Shown here: positions 12,601 to 26,800 of the stretch, one piece after another | Layout: every line of letters begins with the position of its first letter | How positions within the stretch are numbered: position 1 is the stretch's first letter | Origin: Raillietiella orientalis | Lineage: Eukaryota | NCBI GenBank assembly: GCA_036172245.1 | Contig: JAYWIR010000008.1 | Span: 2,108,001-2,172,000 of the forward strand | Direction of reading: 5' to 3' | Length of the DNA: 64,000 nucleotides | Notes under the pieces: model-generated | Database searches by the model: none | Told to the model about the DNA's origin: nothing | The model's input: only the letters and a program-made list of their open reading frames with translations | Translations under genes and position numbers: made by a program

Positions 12601-15600
12601 TAACTCTTGCAGCACGTTTATAGAATTTTGTGGCGGTGCATGCAGCTTTGCCAGACATGAAGCTTCAGGAGAAATGACTTTGAACTTGTCTTCCCTGGGA
12701 ACTGATTTCTAGCATCCTCTCACCAATATGATGCACCTCTACCTCGGTGGATGTCAGAATCCCTGCTAAAAAAAAAAAACATGCCCACCTAAATGCTTCT
12801 TTCTTGACATGTCAGGTAAGCTGTGGCACAACGACTCCCTTTTCCAAAAACGTCTTGATCCAGTTTTCCTGTGGGACCCGTTTAGAAGCAAACGAAATAA
12901 CACGAAAACTCCCTGTCCTATCTGGGAACATCCTGGACCCATGGGAAAAAGGGAGCCAAGAAGTGGTCGTGTTTGCGTTATTTGGCGAGCTCGGCATTCT
13001 TTTTCGTTTTGTAGAAGTGCATTAGAAGGCGCAAAACGGAACGCACCGAAAAACGGTCTCTCCAAAATCAGTCCTTAATAACCCAGAGGGCTCTGTTTTC
13101 GAATGCCTCAAGGTTTTAAAATCTTCCTCACTCGATTTTTCCCGACTTCATGACCTTCTGAAGATGCACGGGACTCGAAACGCGAAAACGAATATGGAAC
13201 TCGATCACAGGGTTTGAATCGGAAAGATCGGCCATCCGAAAACACCATACTCCACGAATGAGAGGAAGTACATCTGTGTGATGGACGGTAATGGAATAAT
13301 CACCTAATCAACTGTTGTTGTTGTTGTTGTTGTCTTCGACCCCCATGTTGCACATCGCGTGGGATGTACAAACTGAGATTTCAATCGCATTCGGGTCATT
13401 TCCCGCCCTCTGGTCATGCGGCAAGGAAATTTTCCGAGTCGAAAGTGAGTTTTTTTTTTTGTACCTGAACATTCGCTCCCAGGGCAGAACACGTAATTCT
13501 GGATGCTGCAACGAAAGTGCTACTCGCGTGAACTTTACTCTTTATCGATTCAATTAGTCTGACATCGTCCGTACTATTCCTGTAGCACAACGGATGCAAT
13601 CTCGAAACCGAACCGAATAATTCGGTAATGGACTAGTCTGATTTGCCGGGAGTCGTACTATGGCTTAGGGTGTACACATGAAAATACAACTTACTGAGAA
13701 ATGGCCTCACTCGATAGCGTAACATGTTAGGTTTATCGGTTTTCTCAAGTTCAGCATCAAGTGTCACTCTCCGCATTGGACTGCATGGGAAACACAAATT
13801 AGACTTCTTCATTCAGACAAAGGTATTTTTCTTCTGAATCAAATCTCCTATTGCTTGCTTTAGTTGTTCCACAAATTGTCTGATTTTTCAAAAAGCCCAA
13901 CAACATTGTTCGTTACTTACAAGCGTGTGAGGAAGTCCACCATAACAGCAAAAGAGCCATCCAGATTTGTGATGTAATGAGATGCCCAGCAGCGTCCGAT
14001 GATCCCTTGGTGAAATACGAGAGTTCGCTGTTGTTCATACCATTTTCCCATGTACTATCACATATGTAAATGAGATTGAGAATTCACATTATGGAATCGG
14101 CTTATTCCTTCTACATTAAGAGCTATTAAGAATCCACAAAGGCACCCGCAAACAGAATTCTCTCCAAGAAGGAAGATGGACACTCTCTCAACGCCGAAAT
14201 CGATCGGAAGTACGAATCGAAACCATGAATGGATCTCAAGGAGACAGAAACGAGCAACGTGTAAGGAATTTTCCTGCTGGGGCCTGCCTGTAACGTTGCA
14301 GTCCTTCCCCGGTGAGCCTGGATCCTCCCAGCAGACAAAGGGATCGGAAAGTAGAAAGGGGTCACTGCATCCTGACCTGTGCAAAAATCCGGTTCGAAAT
14401 CAACGTGCCAACGCGTCCAAACACGTGTGTGCATGCGTGTGTTCAAGTATGTGTCCGCACAGTTAGGCAAACCTCGAACCTATTTCGGGCCACAGTGCAA
14501 ATACTGCCTTTCGAAGTGGCCGCAGATTAAAGAGTACAAAACCAGCTGCCAGAGGAATGCACCATGGAGTTTCGTGCTGGATGCGACCTCCTAATGAAAC
14601 CCAAACGCCCCACATTGCTTTGGGACGCGAAGAGCATCTGCGGAGAACCTGCAGGATGATAGTAGGTACCAAAGTAGCCTTTCGTTTTGATGATTGGAGC
14701 GTTGTTTCACCTGTATCAGATTATTTGCAACGTATTTTTTTTTTTTTTTCTATCACAAGGACCCTCTACACATTCCCTTCCAGGAGATAAATTCGTTGTC
14801 ATGGAGTAGGATGGAACCAAATTTTTTACGCAATCCCTAATCTGAATCGCAACCGTCGTTTTGCAGCTTTGCGCTGATAACTCTCTGTTACGGATGACAG
14901 TCGATCTTTGAAATTCCGTAACTGTGGAAACCATCCTCTTCCAAGAAGAAAAAACACGAGGCGTGGAGTGATCCTGAGAAATTCCGAGTTCCCTTTCGGT
15001 ATCAGTTTCATGCAAAGCTGAATTTTCGGGTTACCGAGAAATATGGTTTGGCATTCATGAAAGTTTGTCCAACCATTTCAAATTTTAAAGGAAACCACTT
15101 ATATGCAAGCATAGTAGATAAGTAATATAAAAATGAAGCGGCAAGAGCAATAACATGTATCTTCATAATTATATACAGATAACGGTTACATTTGTATGTG
15201 TTGCTGCGCTCACGAGTTTCGAACAAGCATGTACACTTCACATAACTACATACGTAGAATGTTAATAGGATAAGAGTCAGGACGTAATTTACAGAGAATT
15301 ATCGACAGGATACGGAGAACGATAGGTTCTGATAAGTCTCAGAAGCATTTGCTTAGTTTATGATAATTTATTTCAACCCAAACTGCCATTTTCAAAAAAG
15401 TCAATATGCAATGCAATGAATGTGTGTGTGTGTGTGTGTGTCTGTATTTAATGGAACGTAAGAATGTTTAATGTGTGCAATGAAATGTTTGAATATATAT
15501 ACATTTCTTTCATTTGTACACAGCAAATATACATAGGTATGATGTATGTGTACATTTACTTGTAACAAACATGCAGTTTTGCATAGCAAACCTAAATGGG

Positions 15601-18600
15601 TGGAATGTACTGTCACACAACCATCGTATTCCATATTGCAGTGATGAGAAAGCAGAGACAAAAAAATGAACTCAGTGGAATGCGAGGACATTTAATGTGT
15701 GAAAGTGACTCGTGGGACGTTTTTGATTTTTTTTTTTTTGATCCTTCTCGATTGACTTTTACCGTCTTTTCGCTTTGCTTTTGCGTGTCAGAGGTGACGT
15801 ACTGTCTTAAAAAGCTGCGTGGAATGGGCAATCGATAAATTAAGATGATCACAGTCTCCGTTCGACGAATACGAAGCAGTAAGTGAATGACCTCAGAAGT
15901 AAATGAATTTCGATCCCTTTTTGCGAATCGTCCTTTGGAAATTCCGAGGACTCCGTTTGTTTGCGTGGCTCCAACCAGTTGGAAACGTTGGAAACACAAA
16001 AACAGCTGTCCTTTTTCCCTTTGGCCACTTGCACTTGCCCTTCGCCATCCCACGTTCCAAGTAATCTTGAGCACCGAGTCGATCAAGGCAGATCAAAAGT
16101 CAAAGCAAGTTCAAAGCAAAGCATGGAGTGAACAGTTCCTTCTTTTTTTTTTTGTTTTTTTTATTCCTCACATGAAGCGCGGTAACGATTACGGAGGTCA
16201 TTTCCATTCAGATTAACTGCAATTCAAAATGCTGCTTTCGTGAAAGTATTCTTAATTTTGGAAATGATGAATGAATCCCAATCAAGTAATGAAATGGAAA
16301 TTTGGGTGTTGCAGAACGAACGGTGCATACAGTTCAATGCATATTTCCGATGAAAACGCTTGAAATCAGCATCAGTTCCATGCCGGTTTGAAATTTGCAG
16401 TCGTCCACCCAACTGCAGCTCAAATGGAATCCACCTGTCCCATTTAACGTGATTGAGAGATACGAACCGCTCGGAAAATTCGTCCCGCAAAGCACTGGGC
16501 TTGGCGGTGCTTTCACACTGGAGAGATGGCATCTTCCATGCACATGGAGCCTGGACCCAGAGAACCTCCCAGGCTTCCCGCGAGATTTTCAAAACCATGT
16601 TCACCTGACGTCCTCTCCCTTTTCTGCTCAGACGCTCTCGAATAAACAGCCCTTTTTTTTTTTTTTCTCTTTTTTTCAGAATCGTTTTTCTACTTCTAGA
16701 CCCTTGCGTTGCCGATAGAACCTCTCTGAAGAAGAACGGAACGCCATGCATCCGTGGTTCGGTCCGCTCGAAAGACATGACTTTGTGGCTGCTGAAGAGG
16801 AGCTCGAGGGATTCGAAGGACTGAAGTGCTGCGCCATGGCTTCGATGCAACGCGGGAAGAAAACACGAAAAAGCATTGAAAGTGCTCAGCACGTATGAGC
16901 TTGCAGCTCTCTCAGCATCGGCGTGCATCGGAATTCAAATGCAACGGCAACCGATGGCACTTTGATGGCACTTTTACCGTTAGGCGCATTGGCTCGCAGC
17001 ACTTTAGGAAAACATGGGAAAACACGCAGACGTCATGCAACACGTGTGTGAAACACAAAATAGTTGATTCTGTGTACCATGTTTGCAATAAACTAAAGCG
17101 AGCGTTTAGCAGCCGCTAAGGAACAAAGAATAAATTGCTTCTGGGCATAAAGAAAAGTACGGAAGGCGCGAAGGGATCCCTGAGAAACATCTTTCGGTTT
17201 TCATATTTCAAACACAGTGTTCGTATTTATAATTTCGAGGGTTGCCTCGTAGCACGAGGGGGGCTTCCTACTTCGGATTATAGAAACACAGAAATCAAGT
17301 CTCACGAGCACAGGTTATCAAAGTGCACATTCTATGCTTCAAATAGAACTCAGAAACGTTCAACATTATACTAAGCAGCAACGAAACAACAACGCATCCG
17401 ATTCACTTTAGGTTTTCTATTTATTTATTTATTTATTTATTTTTTTTTTAAAAAAAAGAAACGAATTTCTTTGAGCGCTGGTGCTGTACATCATTTATTC
17501 GAAAAATCTTCTTTGATGGTAACTGCAATGCACTGAGGAGGGTCGTGTCTGTTACGGAAGTTCCAAACACACTCTCTCTACTAGCAAAAAAATCTATCGG
17601 GAATTCTATATAGCTGTTGGAATCTCACGTAAACATCGACCTGGGAGCTCCTTAAGCACTTCGATCGGCCGGCAGTTGGTGCAAAGTACGAGATCGGAGC
17701 GGATGCGGCTGCACGAGAGAGCGTCCCCGGGCTTGGTCCAGCTCTTCCCAGGAAGATGCTTTCTAGAAGTATCGTCTTCACGACGGCGGCGCCGGAAATT
17801 ATTCCGTCCGAGTATGTAAATGAAAGCTCGCGTTGGGTTTGCCATTGCAAAGCATCTCGAGCTCCTCTCGTTCTTGCAGCCTGAGGCCACAGAACCCAAC
17901 GAAATGGAGCTGAGTCGCTGCAAGCCGAAGGAGGTCCGACGTGTCACCGGGATAGTCACTTAGAACAACAAGAGGAGCGCAGCAGCTGCTCCCGGAAATC
18001 TGCTCCCGTTTTTTCGAATGAGACTAAGGATGCCACACACGCAATGTTACTCCTAATCCCGTTCGTCAATCATTCTGGTTTGAAAGCATGCGGATGGATC
18101 AGAAACGCGCTTGAAAATTTTCTTAAGAGGAACCAGCAGCACATGCAGCTACCACAAAACAAGCCTGAATTAACAAAAGGTGAAAAGCAATACAAGGAGC
18201 CAACACTGTGGTCAGTTTTTCAATGTCTTCGAGCACGCAACACTTCAAAACACTTTTTCGTACCGATAAAACGGATGGCGAATGGAAAAATGAAAAGGTG
18301 ATTTTTTGTTGTTGTTTTTCCTTTGAAAATCCATGATTAATTCGCCCGAAGTTCTCGCGGGTGTAAGGAGCATCCACAGATCGAAATTAATAAGTATTTG
18401 GAGAACAATGAAATTATCTTCAACTTCCACATTGCAATCGGTGAATTGGTCACCAATACACATTAAGGTATAAATGACCAGTCGGCTAATTTTTGGGGGT
18501 CAAATGAAATTTTGATCTTTTATGGGGAGGGGAGTTGAAAAGAAAAAAAAAAAAAAAACGCTCTTTGTACTGACACTGGACACTGCAGGAGCAATTTCAT

Positions 18601-18753
18601 GATAAAAAGGGGGGGGAGAGAAAGAAAAAAACAGTTGTTTACCTTTTCTAAATCGAAATTTTCCAATGTATTCACAAAGGGACAGGGTCCAGCATGAAAA
18701 AGTTGCCCCAAAGATGCACTTATACATAACGAAACAAAAAAACATCTGTACAT
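6698..18753 (-). CDS. Apolipoprotein D-like lipocalin, 250 aa, with signal peptide and 69-aa C-terminal extension
   Basis: Five exons with GT-AG introns and matching phases: 18753-18643 (MYRCFFVSLCISASLGQLFHAGPCPFVNTLENFDLEK), 14054-13921 (YMGKWYEQQR...GRCWASHY), 13780-13695, 8003-7914 (FQVVDTDYDNWSIEWTC), 7029-6698 (ILRIFGREP...LGLDVRHLHSTNREC...stop). Lipocalin SCR1 (GxW), SCR2 (TDY) and SCR3 (R) motifs and four ApoD-type cysteines are present. Confidence 0.92.
9953..10012. ncRNA. Perfect 26-bp hairpin (candidate pre-miRNA/hairpin RNA) in lipocalin intron 3
   Basis: 9953-9978 GCGCGGAGACCGTAGCCACACGGCCC is the exact reverse complement of 9987-10012, with an 8-nt spacer GCCAACGT. The hairpin is certain; RNA-gene status is not. 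Confidence 0.4.
13313..13333. repeat. (TTG)n microsatellite
   Basis: tgttgttgttgttgttgttgt. Confidence 0.85.
15421..15440. repeat. (TG)10 microsatellite
   Basis: Ten consecutive TG units. Confidence 0.9.
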
Positions 18754-19623
18754 AATTGTCCTACGTTTTAAAAGCTATCTTCGTGAAATTATTTAAGAAT
18801 GGGGATCTATGTATTTTCTGTGCAATAGTAAAGGCGTCACTGACCTGGTCGGAGCTTATTCTGTGGTTTCAAACTTCTTTGCCTTTAAATAGGAATAACT
18901 ATCACTTCATTTTTTTTTCTCGCGAGAACAGCAAATTTCAAATCCAATAACTCTCATTACATCTTAGACGTTTCTCGAAATCTTTCGCCGATGATTGCTT
19001 GAACCCAGAGCAGAATAATCGTTTCATGCATTAGGGGCACTGCTTTTTTTTTTTTTTTTTTTTTTTTCTTTTTTCTTTTTTCCTCCCAGGAATATTCTGT
19101 CATCTTTGCCGTACAAGCTTTGCAAACGTACTTATCATTACTACAGTGGCAACGCAGAAAGGACGATAACCCTGCATATAAAATAAAAGTATAGCTGACT
19201 CATTACCGTCGCATTTTCTAAATTAGACGGTGGGCTTAGAGGACGTACGCTGCACAACCCCGCGAGATGCGGACCTCTTTCCTCTCTCTCTCTCCCTCTC
19301 TTTTTTTTTTTTTTTTTCGTGTTTCCTCAGCGTTGTACCAAATCGCCACAGGAAGGGTAAGCACGGCACACGCGTGCATTTTATTAGAGCTACAGTAATA
19401 CTGAGGACGGATATCAGTTCCCTCAAACGAACCACCACCACCACCTCGTTTTTTTTTTTTTTCTCTCTCCTTTTTGGATGGAAGGGGGGGGCGGGCGGGG
19501 GCGGGTATCGATAGGCAAACAGCGTTTCAGAGCAACACCTACTTTTTGGCAAGAGCGTGGTGGCGCTTTGTTCGCCACGGTGAAGTCGAAGATCGAACAG
19601 AATCGAGCATCAACTCATCTTCC

Positions 19624-19630
19624 TTTTATA
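19624..19630 (-). promoter_or_regulatory. Candidate TATA box for the lipocalin gene
   Basis: GCTATAAAAGG on the minus strand about 0.9 kb upstream of the ATG. An acceptor (…CGTAG|GACAATTATG) just before the ATG suggests a non-coding first exon, which could lie near 19540-19600. Confidence 0.35.
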
Positions 19631-20033
19631 GCACCACATTTGTTTTTATGGGAACTTTAATTTCCCCCGTTTCTAGGATGTTTGTTGCACGATCCGAGAA
19701 AGAACCGTTATCCCAATAGCTTTTGCTTTCCATTAGCATACTTGCGAATTTAGTGGCTGACCTTTGCTTTGAAGCCACATGTGTGTCAAGACGAATCCGC
19801 CGACTCTTCTCATCCGAGCATTCTTCTGGTCTCAATACGTTGGTGGCTGGCAACATCCGACCGAGGTGTCCTAACCTGCGTATCCTATCTAACAGAGAGG
19901 GTGTGTCCGTTGAGCCTTTAACATTTTCAAGCCCTTTTTCTTTTCTTTTCTTTTTCTTCTGTCGGAAAGCTACATCAACCTGCAAAAATATATGCTCGGC
20001 GAAATGAACGAGAAAAAAGGTTTATTGTCATGT

Positions 20034-20841
20034 TCAATCTTTCGTGGAAACGGCTTTCCTAGACGCTTCCAAGCCATTCATATGGGCTTTCCTTTTGTTT
20101 TGAATCTGAATTCTTAACAGGCGTTTCTCTTCTAATAACTGCTTGAGGAAGTTCAAATCGGAGTTCATCCTCAGGAGCTTTTCCTGGTGCTCTTGCTTCC
20201 TCGTTTGGCTCGGGATCTGCTTCCTAAGGGTACAGTCAGAGGGGGCGGATGAGAAAGAGAACATGAAGTTTGAGGGTGGAGCGTTTCGAGATTTCAAACA
20301 ACTTATGTACACATACATGTGATTTACTGTAAAGAGAAAAATAATCGTTTTTCCAATGTAAACAAAGTCGAACCATCAATCACCACACGAAAATGGAGTC
20401 CAGGGAACACTGGACGCAAAGGTCGTCTACACATGCGACGTAGCGATCAGCGTGGAAACCGTTCAGGAAGACAAGATTTGATAGATGATAGGAAGGAAAA
20501 CACATCACCTTGCTTTCACGAGGCCCTCCTTGAAGAACTTGACCGTTCTCCGCGCATCTTCGATCTTCTTGTCTCTGACTTCGTTTTTCTCCTGTATCTT
20601 CAGCTTCGCCTCTTCTTGGTCTTTGAAACCTTTGACCCGCAGATATGCTAGTCTTTCTTGCAGCTAATCAAAACACGTGATGCTCAATAAGATGACTGCA
20701 ACAGCTTTTTTTGCGATCTAACGTTTCCACGTTTATCCGCCACGGCTAGAATGGTTTCTCGCCAGCATGCGCATTTTGCTGCTTAGGAGCTAATGGTTCT
20801 GCATCTTATATATATACATATATATATATACATATACATAC

Positions 20842-20874
<33 letters not shown>

Positions 20875-23800
20875 AATAGGAATGAGGGCACGTAATTCCG
20901 ATGATTAGGAGAAACTATGAGATTCATGGATTGGCAAAATTCGGGGATATCGATTCTCTGGTGAATTGTCCGTCGGCTGAGTTCATCGAACGATCCTCGA
21001 AAATTTTTCGTACCAAACTTATCCGAAGAGGCAGATGTGATGATGATTCATTCAGTATATGTGTCTGTGCAATTCATGATGTGGATAACATGCTTGATGC
21101 TTTCATAGTTATATGTATCAATGATCATTTATTTTATGCATTGCTTTTCAAGCATCAGAACATGATCTTTTCCGTGTGTGTGTGTGTGTGTGTGCTTGAA
21201 GAATCCCGGGGCAAACAGGAATGCTCATATTTGCAGATGCAGTAGGAAAAACCTGATTTTCTGCTAATTTTGAACGGACCTAGCAGTGCAACGGCGAGGA
21301 GGAATCGTACCAAACCCATTTATGAAGAGACCCATTTCATCTGCAAACACCACTGAACCAACGCTTCGAGGAGAAGGAGTGGAAGAATATGAGCTCGAAA
21401 ATCTTTTCAGTTGAACTCTTATGGTGTCCGTCCGATGAATGTTCGAGCGTCATTGCTGGCAGCCACTAAGTGGAGCTGAAGCCTGGGGGGGAGGGGGACT
21501 TCACTTTTCGTTCCAGGCACGCAGGTCACTCATCGTCTTAAAAGGACACTATGAAACCGCCGTGTCAAGGTATGCTAAGAAGGTAGCCGACAAACTTTAT
21601 CCAGAAGCAACGACAACTGTTCAAACAAAGGCGCAGAATTCAAAGGACGAAGATTCTCAGAGTTCTCTTGGAATCCCTGGCAGCAACGTGCAATGCTGAA
21701 TATTTCTCTAGCACGGCTCTGGATTGGTGAGGTAGATATCGAGCTAGCATTCAGGTGGAGCCAAAAAGGTCTTTCGCACCCCGCAATTCAGGATAACACC
21801 GTTCTTTCGTATCTGCACACACGGGAAGAGGGTACAGTTATCTTTCGTTAGTCAGTGGAATTTTAGAGTATCCTGGAAAGTAAACGGAACGTTTCGTCAA
21901 CGATCGATCTGCAGCATGCAAATGATGAATAACAGAACCTTTCTTATCGTTCGAGCTCCTTCGGATGGATATGAAAATACAGGAGAAGAGGAGGCTTTGC
22001 GATTCTTTCGATCCAATGGAAACGCTATTAAACAACGAGAATGGAACCTCCACGCATAAATGGAAAGCGTGCATCGGGAAGTCTGGATGGCACCTGACAT
22101 GCAAGATAATCGCAACACGCAGTGTTTTGCCCAAGTTCGAGTCTTATCGTCCACTTTTCCGACTGTTCGGAAACGGGACGCCTGCTGCGTTCGCGTAAGT
22201 GATGTGGTTATTGTGCTCCTTCGCCTTTCGAAGATCCCGTCGGCAGGCGGATGTGGTTGAGGCGCACAGCGTGGCACAGCACGGTTCTTGGGAATCAAGC
22301 AAAGCAAGTGTGGACATGAATTAACACAGGTGACATCGAAAGGAACGTGAGGCGGTGGTTCCCTAAATTGGAGATTGAAGCCGCAAAATGTTCCGGGCGT
22401 GCACTCGATCGGGAAGTCTTTTGGATTCCATTTTTTTTCGTTCCAGCATCGTTCAGAAGGAAGTTTAGAACATTCGGGGGAAGGTGGATGGTGGGTGTCA
22501 GTCCTCAAGACAAGAACTGAAAGTGTCGTAACGGATTTTCAGAACGAAGGATCTTTGCTTCACACACGTAAGCTGACACCAATCCTCTGGAAAAGTCGTC
22601 CGCGAAGAATCGGAATTTCCTCAGATCCCGGAAGCGCAGAAGCCGATGCACATTCCGATCATTCAAATAATTAAGCTTATGCCAGAAACAAAGTACAGAT
22701 GAATGATGGCTACTTGTCCTAATCAGACGAAACTAGTCATCTGCATATTTTCTGTTTCTCCTTGTTGCTGTTGTTGTTGTTGTTTTGTGTGTCTGTGTGT
22801 TTTTGCTTCGGAAAATCAAAATCTCACCTCTATCAGTGACATTTCCGTGAGCAGCCCCACTCCCGAAGTTTCGGAAAAGTCGATCAGTTTTTCCTTGATC
22901 ACCGGCATACGCTCCAGCATCCTTATCTTTCCAAGAGCTTCCACTCTTTGTTTGTATTCTTGCTCCGTCTTAGCAGAAGCACCGCAGGAAGGTGCGCCTG
23001 TTAACCGGTTGTGACTGCTCGGCAGAAAAATACCTGTCTCAGTGCTTCCTCCAGGAGGGCCCGATGCTCGTGGGAGGCAGCTCGCACTAGGCAGATATCA
23101 CAGTCGGTTATTAGGATTTCAAATCACCTAAAGTGATCATCATTTAATTGAAGGCTTTCTACGGATAGGTGGACATTTTTTCCGGTTTTTTTTTTTTTCT
23201 TTTTAGAGGAAACGTTAGCGAAAGTAAAGCGGCCCGCTGTGTGCACATTGAAACTGCCAAGATGGAAAGGAGGGAAAAGGGGTGGGTCGCGCAGATTCCG
23301 TGATAAATTTGTGTGTGCTGAGTAGAGATTTCCTCGCAGAATGCCATTTTCTCTCTCTCTCTCTCAAGAGTGCTTCTAAACAAGTTCATCAGAACTTTCC
23401 ATTTGTAACTTTGAGATTTAAGGAGTTTCTATTGCAAAAACACTGATTTAACAAATTACCCAAATGCTGTTTGAATTCCTGCAATTCCAGAGCGGCCTTC
23501 TTCATGTGGATTCTTCCTTGCTGCACTTGATCTTTGAGCTCTTTCACGCGCATCGAATCTTCTTGCATTTTCATTGCTCTTTGTTCTTGGATCTCCTTGC
23601 TCTAATGGAAAAAAGAAAAAAAAAAACGTTATGTTTAGGGAATAGCCCTTTCCAACTAATTGCAAAGCGACTTTTTTTTTTTTTTTTACTTGTTCTTTCA
23701 TTTGAAGGACTATTCTTTTTCTCTCCTCTTCTGCAAGCTGCTGGGATAAAACTGCTTCTTCGTAGCTTAATCTTGCATCCAGAAGCAGTTGGTATTTCCG

Positions 23801-26800
23801 TTTTAACTCCAGAGTATTCGACTTTTCGTGCTCACTTTTTGACCACTTCTCGAAGGCGAATGAAGTCATCCCTCCTTCTTCTAACGATTTCAGTCTTTTT
23901 ATCCACATGAAATTAGAATTCGCGGTTATAAAAACCCATTAATTGTAAGAAGAAAATCATGAAATCACTACATGAAATTATAAATCATTTGCATACCTCT
24001 CCATTTCTTCGTCTTCTAATTTTTGAACCATTGCTGCTTCTCGAAGGATGGCTGCTTGAGTCATCTTAAATGAAATTTTTTTTTCCTGAATTCGGAAAAA
24101 TCAGTCAGTTTCACGTTGCGGTAAAGAAATTATGAGCGACAGCTGCAGAATTTGTCAGCAGAAAAACGATCTGCTTAAAATGCAACCCTATTTTAATTAC
24201 AATCAGATTGTTCGAGCTGATTAATGGAAATGAATTAATTCAGGCTACTTAATCAAAAACAACGTTCGAGATCCCTTCTAGTAACTTCGAAGCCTCAGTG
24301 AATAGCGGTCATTCAATCTCCAAATGGCAATGATACATATTGTTATGATGTATATGAGTTGCGTACATTGCATAGGAAACAAACACTTTGATTTTAAATA
24401 CAATTAATAATTATCACATTAAAGAATGAATGGATGACTACAAGGCTTACGAAAGGACAATTATAAATATCACACTCGACATATGGATTTTTTCATTTAT
24501 TTTCCAAGATCGTTTAAAAGTGAAGAATTTTCTTCGAAGACCTTTTGATTTTTCTTTCTCCAGTATGCTGCACTTGCCTAAAGTTATCAGAAGGCTTTGC
24601 ACCTTTTAGCAACACATGAAAAGTTGACCAGTGATTAGATTCGTCTATCTGAAACGAGTGGGAACTTCTTGCTTTCGTTCCAGGAAGCCACTCTCCAGTA
24701 GTCGGAACTGTGAATAAGGATATTGGGGGGCAGACCTTGATCAGTGTCTCCGATACATTTCCCTCCCTCCCCTGGGCATCAGCTTGGGAAAAAATCTCAA
24801 GTGCTGTAAGAAACTTTTGGAATTCTTCAGTTTCCACTTAAGGTTCAGGGCTTTATCGGTGTATAGCAGCTCATCGTAATCATGTGCCCGCTTTCAGCTA
24901 TCGGAGCAAGCAGATACTGCCAATGCAGGAGCTGGCCTGAAGAAACTACTCCATCCGGAAGTCGGGAGAAGGGATTTCACCCCACTGGGAGATTTAAAAA
25001 ATCTCCAAACTAGTTCATTTGGGGATAACGGTTCGGGTTTCCTTCCCTTCATTCCAGATGCCTTTAGCACAGTTCAACTGTTCTTGTGATGGCTGAACAT
25101 CTTCTAAAGATTCTCTTGAGCTGACCACACGTTTCTCCTAAGAGTATTTATCCTTTGATCTCCGGGAGAAGGAATCATGCTCACGCAATACCTCCGAAAG
25201 ATGTTTTCATCTCCGTTCAAGAACTGATTATAACGAAATTATCTCGAAACGGATCCGTTGCAGTCCCATTTGATTGCTTTTCCCATATTGCAGAGTGCGA
25301 ATGATTAGTTTTGGGGAGGAGAATGGTTCGCTCATGGCAAAAGCAATCGTAATGCTTCTTTCTTCTTTTTACGGGACGAGGGAGCGCAGTCTCTGGAGAC
25401 ACAGAAGATGAGAACGAGAGGAACACCCACGGCAACCACCGTTCGCCGCCGTTCTGTCCGCCCTCCCTGGAAATCCAGGGGCGTCTCCCGAAGCTTTGTC
25501 TCTCCATTCGTGGGAACAGTTTCCTTCCTTGGAAATCCAACCGCATTTTCAAAAATCAAGCTTTTAGGTGGCACAATGACGACAAACAAACATCGGTGCC
25601 CACAAACGATGCTTATGTCCATGCTTCATTTTGCTCTTCGGGATGCTGAAAACGCTTCCCCTCAAAGAACCTTTTTTTTTTTTTTTTTCTTGCCAGTTGA
25701 CTGAAGACATCTCCTGAGAATTTCGTGCATTTTATTATAACTGCCGGGGGACTGACACGCTATTAGCTTTTCCATAACACGAATAGTGAAACAAATGATC
25801 GAAATCTAAGTTTTAGAGGGTAAACTAGAATTGCAGTTTCTCTGTTTAGATGCCAAAACCACGTGCATTCTGATCATTTCGGTATTTTGTACATTTTTGT
25901 CTCTCTGAGCACATCGCTCAGGATTAAGTTAGAAAGAGAATTGTGAACTTCTTCGATAGTTCAGATTTATTCCTTTTTCAGATACATTATAACGGAGGGA
26001 TGGAACTGGCATTCAACCAGTAACATGCACATTCGGGAATCACATAAGACTGAAATGGTGAATGATGAATCCTCAACTATCCAAATTCAGTAATGTAATC
26101 AGCGGTAAATACACACGTAGTCTGTTCGATGTCCCTGGATATTTTGTCAGAGATGCATGAACACACTCAAGCAGATTGCAGCACCTCTGAGATCAGCATA
26201 CTCAAATGTAAAAAAGAGTACTGTCTATAAGTTGAAGGGACAAGCAATATGGGTAGAAACAGGATTAAAGGATAATACCAGTTTATGAACCGCTACTATG
26301 TATCCTCTACACCTGTTTCCGGGTTCCGAGTTTTTGATCCATTGCGTTGTTGTTTTGCGGTTTGATGATTACTGAGCTGAACTTTTAATTGATTAGTGCA
26401 TGAATGACTATCTAAAATACACGTAAGTCGGGAGTACTCGGCACGTGTGTAATAATTATGAGGGTGGCAACTACAATACCTCCGAAACATCGCAAAACCT
26501 AAAACAAAACCAAGCGAGTTCCTGGTAGATCTGGTAGAGCCTCATCAAAAATTCTGGATAAAAAAATCGGTTGACTATTATTTCCCTAAACTGTGGCACT
26601 GCTTTCACCATTGAAATCTCCCTCTTAAATCTTCGCCCTGAGCACCTTGTATCAGATGGAAAACCAAAAAAGGAATTTTCATGTGCCAATATAAAAGTCG
26701 TGTGCGAAGCTTCCGAGCATTAAGCACTTTTGAACTGAAAATTTGCCCGTTCCTTTTTGGTTCGTGCTGCAAGGTGAGTCTGCTGTGAATCCTTACTCTA

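Noticed and set aside
13812..13879. Alternative lipocalin exon 3 after a 41-nt intron (LQFVEQLKQAIGDL…)
   Set aside because: It ends in a stop and has a weak acceptor, whereas exon 13780-13695 fits both phases.
21439..22198. Possible nested plus-strand exons within a CFAP99 intron
   Set aside because: Isolated splice-like sites, frames end in stops, and no recognisable homology.
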